Below are positions 54,095-62,140 of a stretch of 64,000 nucleotides of DNA, piece by piece. Below the pieces are notes generated by a model. That model made no database searches. It was not told the origin of the DNA and was given only the letters and a program-made list of their open reading frames with translations. Every line of letters begins with the position of its first letter. Position 1 is the stretch's first letter. Source of the stretch: an uncultured bacterium (GTDB lineage Bacteria > Babelota > Babeliae > Babelales > Babelaceae); the NCBI GenBank assembly GCA_963722385.1, contig CAVRKK010000001.1, positions 128,001 to 192,000 of the forward strand, in the 5' to 3' direction. The translations under genes were made by a program, and so were the position numbers.

Positions 54095-54625
54095 ATGCAA
54101 GAAACGCCATCGGTAAAGTCGCGAGCACCCAAAGAACTGTTTCCACTCTTAGGTGCTATTGCGGCGTGCTTTATCTTTACCTTGTTATTACAGTGGTGGC
54201 ACGGCAGCATAGACCTCATGAAGGGCATGAGAGACTTTATGGGAAGTCTGCTTGTCCTTTTTGGCGTCATTAAGCTCCTGAATCTGCAAGGTTTTGTAGC
54301 GATATATAGGTCATATGATATTATAGCCAAGAAGAGCGCACTGTATGCCTACGCATATCCCTTTATTGAGATAGCGCTTGGTGTACTGTATCTTATTAAT
54401 CTTTTTCCTGTACCTGTCAACATACTTACCGCTTTGTTGGCCCTCATCAATAGCGCAAGTGTTTTTCGTGCGCTGGGTGAAAAAAGAGATATCTCGTGTG
54501 CCTGCATGGGAACTACCTTTAGGACACCGCTCACTAAATTGACCCTTTTTGAAAATATATTTACCTGCCTCATGGCGCTTTCTATGCTGATTATGCACTT
54601 GCTTGCCATAAAGAGCCTGCCTTGA
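54095..54625 (+). CDS. MauE/DoxX-like membrane protein
   Basis: GF...Y.SYDIIAK..YAYAYPFIEIALG, CACMG, TLFEN. Confidence 0.82.
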   Translation: MQETPSVKSRAPKELFPLLGAIAACFIFTLLLQWWHGSIDLMKGMRDFMGSLLVLFGVIKLLNLQGFVAIYRSYDIIAKKSALYAYAYPFIEIALGVLYLINLFPVPVNILTALLALINSASVFRALGEKRDISCACMGTTFRTPLTKLTLFENIFTCLMALSMLIMHLLAIKSLP

Positions 54626-54745
54626 GCAATAAAACGCTCGCTTGCTTCAAGCGTAATCTGGTGAGAAAACTTTCCAATCCTAGATTTATTAAAATAGCAT
54701 GTGATAACTTGGCATTAAGTAGCTTCAGCCAAGGACACCCAGCTT

Positions 54746-55774
54746 ATGCAGAGCAGTCGCCATCTCTTTAAAAAGCCTTTGCTGCTTAATGCTTTGCTTT
54801 TATTTTTCCTGCCTTATGCTCCCTCACTAAAAGCACGAACTATTTTAGGCGAGTTAGAAATTTTGCGCGCTTTACATTTAGCGCAACCACATACTGATCA
54901 TCCGCATCGCTTTGCTATAGCCCCTGTCGCGCGTCATACACTTTTACACATAAATAAAAGTTCTTACGATGGCTTTTACCGGGGATCGCTGATTGATTAT
55001 AAGTATGTATTTCCTTATGGTCATATTGAGGTTGTGTCGGCGATAGCGGCCGATCGGGTAAAATACCACAACGCAGGAAAGCAGTTTCAAAGATCAGCTG
55101 TTGGCTTAGACGATATAGGTATTACGGTTAGTTACGATATAGGCCAAGAGAGAAATTACCTTCATGTCGGTGCGCTTGCCGTTATTCCAACCGCCAGCCC
55201 TAACCCGCTTGGTACCCTCATAGGGGGCGGGCTTTGGTTTGCAGGAGCAGATTTGACAACTGCTTTTGAGCTACCCGGAATATTTAAACGATGGGATCTT
55301 AGCTTTTTTGGACAAGGTGCACTTCTACAAAGTTTTCCAGCAACCGTTTTGCTTAATAAGCACATGCAACTAATATCTTCTAAAAGCCACCAAAAGCCAG
55401 CTTTTAAGGAAACTTTTGATGATGGGACGGGGTTTTTTAATCTTGTCGTTCTTCGCTCAGGCCCCGAGGAGAGAGGTTTTGAAATAGGCTATCACGGCAC
55501 TATTATTTTTAATGTCCATAGAAAGATTACCCGCCTTTCTAAGCATAACCACACCAAGAAAAGCAGCTTCGATAACCACACCGATATGGAGAAACTTACC
55601 ATAAACAAAAATGGGACTAAAGCTACTTATGTACATCACATCATTGCCCAATGTAATACAGTGTGCTTAACAGACTGGTACCCAATAGGAATAGTTTTTG
55701 GCGGCGCTTACGCGTTTGGCACCAACTCTCGGTCTGAATTTGAACTTTGGTCAGCGCTTTCCTTACATTTTTAA
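54746..55774 (+). CDS. His-rich exported protein, possible outer-membrane beta-barrel
   Basis: Signal peptide, amphipathic strands, GLDDI motif, C-terminal LSLHF. Confidence 0.6.
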   Translation: MQSSRHLFKKPLLLNALLLFFLPYAPSLKARTILGELEILRALHLAQPHTDHPHRFAIAPVARHTLLHINKSSYDGFYRGSLIDYKYVFPYGHIEVVSAIAADRVKYHNAGKQFQRSAVGLDDIGITVSYDIGQERNYLHVGALAVIPTASPNPLGTLIGGGLWFAGADLTTAFELPGIFKRWDLSFFGQGALLQSFPATVLLNKHMQLISSKSHQKPAFKETFDDGTGFFNLVVLRSGPEERGFEIGYHGTIIFNVHRKITRLSKHNHTKKSSFDNHTDMEKLTINKNGTKATYVHHIIAQCNTVCLTDWYPIGIVFGGAYAFGTNSRSEFELWSALSLHF

Positions 55775-55809
55775 TAAAGATTAAGCGACCTCTCTGGGGT
55801 TTAAGCCAT

Positions 55810-56209
55810 GGCCGATTTTCGCCAAGGCTGTGGCGGGAAACGCTTACGCAGCGGGCGCGACTACGCGTCGAGCGGCAGGGCGGCGGCCCTGCACCCACAC
55901 CAGAGGGATTTTTTGCTTTACAGCTTGCACCTTGCTTGCCTAATGCCATAACCATGCGGGGCGCATGATTACGGCAAACGCAATTTTCCTGACGGAAAAT
56001 AGAAAGCGATATTGGGTTTTATCATGGAGCATCGCGACATGATAATGGCGTAAGTTATCGTACGCTTTGGCGTACGATAACTACTCACCAAGCTTATAAG
56101 CATTAAGCATAACGCTTTAGGGATTGCTAAGGGACGATGTCCCTTAGCCGCCAGCCGCCACCAGCCCTGCGAAGCGTTTGCGCGAAGAAGGGGCAGGCGA
56201 TTTGATTCA
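55810..56209 (-). repeat. structured non-coding multi-hairpin element, copy 2 (inverted)
   Basis: Same hairpin order as copy 1, plus an inserted hairpin gccctgcgaagcgtttgcgcgaagaaggggc (~56164-56194). Confidence 0.88.
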
Positions 56210-56236
56210 ATTCGCTTTAGTACCCATACCAAATAA

Positions 56237-57094
56237 TTAACCAATATAGTCGGCAAACTCACCCAACCAGGGCTCGGCATTGAGCTGCTCCATGGTTTCT
56301 GCCATAGTGATCCTGCCGTAGATCTTTCGCGTATCAAGGTACTGGCCAATATTTTTTTTACGTGCATTATCGCTAAAAATAACGTATTCATAGCGCTGGC
56401 TGCCGTCATCATAAGACATGTTCTTGAGGACTTCCTTGCGGATCAAATATGTACAGTGAATTACGGGAACCTCTACCAGCCCTTTTATCTGCCGGTGCAA
56501 GAGCTGATGATATAAAGGGCACTCTTTATAATAACCGTTCTCATCAATATCGGCGTGATAGTTTGAATACCACGTGCTCGCCCTTAAAAGCGGTCCAACT
56601 ATGGGTAGATTTGTCTTAAAAAGTGCTTCTATGGTCTCAGGGAAAATAAAATTATCGCAATCAGCCACAAAGTAATGGGAATCGTGAAAGCGAGCCCAGG
56701 TCATAGAAGTTTGGCGAATCTTACCAAGCACCTTAAAGCGCTCGGCATTCCATTCATGCTGCCCAAATCGCTCAACGCGCTCAGGCAAGTCGGTTTTATC
56801 AAAATAAACCTCTTTGTAACGGGACCTATTACGCGCAAGCCAATTCTCTATTATCTCTATAGTGTTATCGTTGCAGTTATTAACACGAATATACAGGTTG
56901 GTTCGTGCGGCTGGCCATGTCTGGCACTCGATACACGCTAAATAAATCGGCAAGGTATGTGCCTTGTCTTTGGCCAGGATCGCGATGGTAATGATATCTT
57001 TTTTTTGGCGGTGCTTTTTAATGGGCTCGCCAAGAAGAGATAGGGAAACAAGGGATGCCAGAGCGCAAATCGTAAAGAATCGTTGAGCATTCAT
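56237..57094 (-). CDS. secreted GT-A glycosyltransferase resembling procollagen galactosyltransferase/PLOD domains
   Basis: YFVADCDNFI (DxD), PIVGPLL..YSNY..DENGYY..EVPVIHCTYLI; signal peptide; GAGGAG RBS. Confidence 0.82.
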   Translation of the reverse strand: MNAQRFFTICALASLVSLSLLGEPIKKHRQKKDIITIAILAKDKAHTLPIYLACIECQTWPAARTNLYIRVNNCNDNTIEIIENWLARNRSRYKEVYFDKTDLPERVERFGQHEWNAERFKVLGKIRQTSMTWARFHDSHYFVADCDNFIFPETIEALFKTNLPIVGPLLRASTWYSNYHADIDENGYYKECPLYHQLLHRQIKGLVEVPVIHCTYLIRKEVLKNMSYDDGSQRYEYVIFSDNARKKNIGQYLDTRKIYGRITMAETMEQLNAEPWLGEFADYIG

Positions 57095-57263
57095 ATATTT
57101 TCTCCTCAAGGACCATTTGGGTGAGTTGCGCCCATTATCTAAAATTTTTTGGAAAAATACTAGTCTCTACTAACAACCTAAAAAAATATATTGATTTCTT
57201 AATTGAAAATTGGTTATAGTTGATAATGATATTTAAAACACTATAAATAAATGGAGAGTTGCG

Positions 57264-57884
57264 ATGGTTATCAATGAGAATGGCGAAAAAATGCTTCAAA
57301 ATATCCATGGGATTCTTATGGCCGATGCTGAAATTGTTCGCAAAAACCAGGGTTGGTTTTTTGCTCTCGGTATTGCGTTAGTAATACTGGGCGTACTTGC
57401 AATTTCATCAACGTTATTTACGACATTTGTCTCAGTGCTCACGGTAACATTTTTGGGCTGGCTGCTGCTTGTTGGCGGGCTAATTCAGGCAATTCATGCT
57501 CTTTGGATGAGGAGCTGGAGTAGCTTTTTTCTGAGCCTTTTCTTGGGGATCCTCAATTTTGTTGGAGGTGGCATTATGATTTTCAAGCCAGGTCTTGGTG
57601 CGCTCGCGCTCGCTCTTGTTCTGGCTGCACTTTTTACCGTAAGTGGTTTGGTGCGCATTATTACTGCCGTTATTATGAGGCCGCACCAGTGGGGTTGGCT
57701 CTTGTTGAATGGTATAGCCACTTTGCTCTTGGGCATTCTGCTAGGATTAGAATGGCCCTCATCAAGCCTCTGGATTATTGGGGTATTTGTGGGCATCGAT
57801 TTAATTTTAAGCGGATGGTCATTTATCGCCCTAACCCTTGAAGTGAGGGGATTATTGCCGCACCTCACGCATCGAGGTCAATAA
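57264..57884 (+). CDS. HdeD/DUF308 family membrane protein
   Basis: GWFFALGIALVILG, LGWLLLVGGLIQ, WGWLLLNG, WPSSSLWIIGVFVGIDLILSGW. Confidence 0.9.
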   Translation: MVINENGEKMLQNIHGILMADAEIVRKNQGWFFALGIALVILGVLAISSTLFTTFVSVLTVTFLGWLLLVGGLIQAIHALWMRSWSSFFLSLFLGILNFVGGGIMIFKPGLGALALALVLAALFTVSGLVRIITAVIMRPHQWGWLLLNGIATLLLGILLGLEWPSSSLWIIGVFVGIDLILSGWSFIALTLEVRGLLPHLTHRGQ

Positions 57885-57914
57885 CTTTTAAATTTTTAAA
57901 AAGGAGAAATCCCC

Positions 57915-58277
57915 ATGAAAACTTTTTTTAAGCTCATCTTATTGTGCTTTATGTTCCAGGGAGCACTGAGAGCGGAAGATCAAAAGTGCCCTAGCGGTTA
58001 CCATCGCGTACTTGCCTTTGATAATCTGAATGATTACTTTTTTGACGAGCTTGCCAAGTATGTGCCTGCAGCAAAACGGCAATATTCTTCGGTATGCTTA
58101 AATCCCGCAAGCAATGTTGGCTATGTCGTGTTATGTGACCATAAGATGCCTGCGAAAGTGGTCCCTTATGCAATTAAAGCACTTGGCATTAGTTGGCTCG
58201 GAACCGCCAATGGCCTCAACGTATATGTAAAAAATGCTGATATACATGATGCATGTGGCTGGTCGCCGCCGGAATAA
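57915..58277 (+). CDS. small secreted Cys-containing hypothetical protein
   Basis: AAGGAG RBS, signal peptide, CPSGY, ends DACGWSPPE. Confidence 0.78.
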   Translation: MKTFFKLILLCFMFQGALRAEDQKCPSGYHRVLAFDNLNDYFFDELAKYVPAAKRQYSSVCLNPASNVGYVVLCDHKMPAKVVPYAIKALGISWLGTANGLNVYVKNADIHDACGWSPPE

Positions 58278-58294
58278 AATGGATAGTTGAAACT

Positions 58295-60163
58295 ATGATC
58301 ATATTAAAATTTAAATTACAGATAATACTGTGCGCGCTTCTTTTAATGCTTCCAGTAGCAATTTGCCAACAGGAACAACCACAAAGCGCTCCAAAAGGGG
58401 TCCATGAAGCCTTGCGGGAGATATTACAGCTGGAGCCTGCTATTTCTTCGTGGCAGCCGTATGCAGCGTGGAAGAAACAGATGAGCGAATTTTTCAAAAC
58501 GAAACCATCGCTTGTTTCTCAATGGGCAGACCTGTTCAATTTGGCGGCTGCGGCGCTCAATGAGGCAAATATTGCGTCGCATCCCCATGATGCCCTCTAT
58601 CCTTATAATTTTTTGCGCGAGCTTTTGGGGCTACCAACCGTTTCATCACTGGAGCACGTAGACAAATTATGGTTTAAACAAGTTGGTCGCGAAATTCAAA
58701 TTTTTACACTTATAGAATTCTACCCCGGATGGGAGCTGCCAACCGAGGCTCAAAAAGAACTTATTCTCGAGGGAGCGCGGCTTCTTAAGCTTAGACAAGA
58801 GATAGTGGCTCTTTCTCATCCTACTGGTGCTAGTACAACGAATCTAGAGCAAGCTATTGTGGGCATTTGCAAAACACCCGACCTTGGCGTTCGCTTAGTC
58901 ACCCTTTATCATGAATTAGGACATGTTCTTCATAATGATTCTCAGACGCTGGGCAACATATTGGCGCATAAGCAAGACCCCGTCACCGTTGTTAACGATA
59001 CAGATTTCAAAGCAGATCTCGAGGACCTCAAAAAGTATTCTATGCTTGCCTTAGAGGCTCTCCCCTCATTCAAGAATACCGCCGCTGGTAGTTTAATAAC
59101 AGAAGCCATGTCTCTACCGAGAGTTCAACAAATTATTAAGGAATATGGGATGCTTTGGATCCCTCCTGAAAATCAACAAAAAAAAGATATGATGATCCTC
59201 AGGCGCGGGCAAGAGCAACGAGCTGACCTTTTTGCACTGAGACAACTACTAAAATTGCAGAATATAAGCGCAATTTTAAGCAACCTCTATGTAGTTCAGA
59301 TGAATAGCTATATCAAGGGCAGCACCCCATGGGCCTATAAAAAAGAAACCGCGGAAGGTCAATATTGGTTTTTTACGGAAGGCACGGCCGATAAACATGG
59401 TTCTAATGTTGAAGTAACACTCTATACGATAGGTTTTTTGATACATCATGGGTTTAATGTACCGCAGCTTTTGGATGAATGGGAAAAGCAAGGCGTCTGC
59501 TTGTCCGGCGAGCAAGCCACCAGCTATGCCAAGCTCTTTACTCCTGCCTGGGGTTCTCAAACAGAGTCCGCAGTAAAAAAGGCATACCATAAATGGCAAG
59601 AAGTAAAAATAAGTAAAGAATATAGCGAATGGAAAAATAAAAATAGCTGGCTTCTTAAGGTACCATCGAGTGTGGCATATGCTTCTCTTAAAAGTGACAT
59701 CGATGAGCACTTACAGAAGCTCGAAGAAAATCCAAGCAGCCTCGTGGAGCTAAAAGAGGCCCTCTTTAGCTACAATTATTTACGCGAAATAATGCAGCTC
59801 CCAATAGTCGTTTCATGGCGTGATATTGATCAAAATTGGGTAAAAGGATTAGCATATCCCATCTGGAAAAAGGACGAGCAAGAATCATGGCAACAAAGGG
59901 CCCTTTCAAAAGACGCTCAAAAAACTGAGCTTATAAAAAATACTCTTCACGAACTAGCTTACCTCAAGAAACACCCAAATGAGGACCAAAAGCTTGCTCT
60001 TTTTAGCTATAACCTATTACGCGAAATGCTGGGTTTACCACGTGCCTCCTCGTGGCTTACCATTGACCAACCTTGGTTAGAAGACCAAGCAAGCAAAATT
60101 AAGGAAGAACCTGCAAGTTACAACTTGCCTCACCGTGAGGATAGTAATGATAAAGAAGCTTAA
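58295..60163 (+). CDS. secreted HExxH (M48-like) protein, tandem copy A
   Basis: LYHELGH, QEQRADLF, KHGSNVE; three YN(F/Y/L)LRE..LP repeats. Confidence 0.85.
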   Translation: MIILKFKLQIILCALLLMLPVAICQQEQPQSAPKGVHEALREILQLEPAISSWQPYAAWKKQMSEFFKTKPSLVSQWADLFNLAAAALNEANIASHPHDALYPYNFLRELLGLPTVSSLEHVDKLWFKQVGREIQIFTLIEFYPGWELPTEAQKELILEGARLLKLRQEIVALSHPTGASTTNLEQAIVGICKTPDLGVRLVTLYHELGHVLHNDSQTLGNILAHKQDPVTVVNDTDFKADLEDLKKYSMLALEALPSFKNTAAGSLITEAMSLPRVQQIIKEYGMLWIPPENQQKKDMMILRRGQEQRADLFALRQLLKLQNISAILSNLYVVQMNSYIKGSTPWAYKKETAEGQYWFFTEGTADKHGSNVEVTLYTIGFLIHHGFNVPQLLDEWEKQGVCLSGEQATSYAKLFTPAWGSQTESAVKKAYHKWQEVKISKEYSEWKNKNSWLLKVPSSVAYASLKSDIDEHLQKLEENPSSLVELKEALFSYNYLREIMQLPIVVSWRDIDQNWVKGLAYPIWKKDEQESWQQRALSKDAQKTELIKNTLHELAYLKKHPNEDQKLALFSYNLLREMLGLPRASSWLTIDQPWLEDQASKIKEEPASYNLPHREDSNDKEA

Positions 60164-60341
60164 ATTAACAATTTTGCTATTTATTATACTATCTTCCTCC
60201 CAAGAAACCTGTGCATTCAATGTTAACTTGAGAGCACCCGATAGCAGTTGGCTCGGAACCACCAATGGCTTCAATGTATACGTAAAAAATGCTGATATAC
60301 ATGATGCATGTGGTTGGTCGCCTCAACAAGAGGATAACTGA
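60147..60341 (+). CDS. chimeric small ORF at the duplication junction
   Basis: N-terminus matches the 62141 signal peptide (KLTILLFIIL..QETCAFNV); C-terminus matches 57915 (SWLGT.NG.NVYVKNADIHDACGWSP). Confidence 0.6.
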   Translation: MIKKLKLTILLFIILSSSQETCAFNVNLRAPDSSWLGTTNGFNVYVKNADIHDACGWSPQQEDN

Positions 60342-60345
60342 AACT

Positions 60346-62049
60346 ATGATCATATTAAAATTTAAATTACAGATAATACTGTGCGCGCTTCTTTTAGTGC
60401 TTCCAGTAGCAATTTGCCAACAGGAACAAGCGCAAAGCGTTCCAAAAGGGAGCCATGAAGCCTTGCGAGAAATATTACAGCTCGAGCCTCCTATTTCTTC
60501 GTGGCAGCCATATGCAGCATGGAAAAAGCAGATGCGCGAATCTTTCAAAACGAGACCTTCTCTTGTTTCTCAATGGGCAGATCTGTACAACTTGGCACAT
60601 GCTGCGCTCAATCAGGCAGATATCGCTTCCCATCCCAATGATGCCCTCTATCCCTATAATTTCTTGCGGGAACTTCTGGGGCTACCGCTTGTTCCATCAT
60701 TGGAGCACGTAGACAAATTATGGTTTGAACAACTTGGTCGCGAAATTGAAATTTTCTGGCTTATAGAATTCTACCCCGCATTGGAGCTGCCAACCGAGGC
60801 TCAAAAAGAACTTATTCTTGAGGGAGCGCGGCTTCTTAAGCTTAGACAAAAGGTAGTAGCCTTCTCGCATCCATATGGCGGTTCTTCTCATGTAAGCCCC
60901 AATCAAGCATATATCGCAATTTGCCATACACCTGATATAGATATGCGGTTACATTATTTATATCACGAGTTAGGCCATATAAAGCATAATGATGCCACCA
61001 TTAGATCTGATGTAGCATTAAATAAGCAAGATCCGATTGCTATTGTTAATGAACCAGATTTTAAATCTGACCTTACGGATATCAAAAATTACTTTGAGCT
61101 CGGCTTAGCATTGATACCCTCGCTAAAAACTACAAAAGTCGGCAATAAGCTTGCTCAAGCATTGGCTACGCCACAAGCCCAAGAAGTACTTAAGGCGTAT
61201 GGGGAGCTTTGGATTCCTCCTAAAGATGCGCATGAGAAAGCGAGAATGATTTATTTACGAGGTACCGAGCAAAGAGCTGACCTTTTTATGCTTAATCAAC
61301 TGCTAAAACTAAAAAATGCAAGCTCAATTTTAAGCGCAATAAGTAGCTATACTTCGCTCTACATCATTGTTAAAGGAGCCGATGATGTGCATCCTTCTGA
61401 TGTTGAACGAGCGCTCTACATGATAGGCTTTTTAACACATCATGGGTTTAATGTACCAAAACTTTTGGATGAATGGGAAAAGCAAGGCGTCTGCTTGTCC
61501 GGGGAGCAAGCCACCAGCTACGCCAAGCTCTTTACTCCTGCCTGGGATTCTGCAACAGAATCAGCCGTAAAAAAGGCTTACCATAAATGGCAAGAAGTAA
61601 AAATAAGCAAAGAATATCGCGAATGGAAAAGCAAGAATGAGTGGCTTCAGACGGTACCAGCGAGTGTGGCATATTCTTCTCTTAAAAGTGACATCGATGA
61701 GCACCTACAGAAGCTCGAGGAAAACCCAGGCAGCCTCGTGGACCAAAAAGAGGCTCTCTTTAGCTACAATTATTTACGGGAAATAATGCAACTTCCAATA
61801 GTTGTTTCATGGCGTGATATTGATCAAAGCTGGGTAAAAGGGTTAGCATATCAAATCTGGAAAAAGGCCGAGCAAGAATCATGGCAACAAAGGGCCCTTT
61901 CAAAAGAGGCTCAAAAAACTGAGCTTATAAAAAATACTATTCACGAACTAGCTTACCTCAAAAAACACCCAAATGAGGACCAAAAGCTTGCTCTTTTTAG
62001 CTATAACCTATTACGAGAAATGATGGGCTTATCACGTGTTTCCTCGTAG
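60346..62049 (+). CDS. secreted HExxH (M48-like) protein, tandem copy B, with premature stop
   Basis: LYHELGH, TEQRADLF, HPSDVER; TGG of copy A is TAG at 62047 and homology continues to ~62151. Confidence 0.85.
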   Translation: MIILKFKLQIILCALLLVLPVAICQQEQAQSVPKGSHEALREILQLEPPISSWQPYAAWKKQMRESFKTRPSLVSQWADLYNLAHAALNQADIASHPNDALYPYNFLRELLGLPLVPSLEHVDKLWFEQLGREIEIFWLIEFYPALELPTEAQKELILEGARLLKLRQKVVAFSHPYGGSSHVSPNQAYIAICHTPDIDMRLHYLYHELGHIKHNDATIRSDVALNKQDPIAIVNEPDFKSDLTDIKNYFELGLALIPSLKTTKVGNKLAQALATPQAQEVLKAYGELWIPPKDAHEKARMIYLRGTEQRADLFMLNQLLKLKNASSILSAISSYTSLYIIVKGADDVHPSDVERALYMIGFLTHHGFNVPKLLDEWEKQGVCLSGEQATSYAKLFTPAWDSATESAVKKAYHKWQEVKISKEYREWKSKNEWLQTVPASVAYSSLKSDIDEHLQKLEENPGSLVDQKEALFSYNYLREIMQLPIVVSWRDIDQSWVKGLAYQIWKKAEQESWQQRALSKEAQKTELIKNTIHELAYLKKHPNEDQKLALFSYNLLREMMGLSRVSS

Positions 62050-62140
62050 CTTAGCATTGACCAACCTTGGCTAGAGGAACAAGCACGTAAAATTAAGGAA
62101 GCATCTGCAAGTTACAGCTTGCCTCCACTTGAGGATAGCA

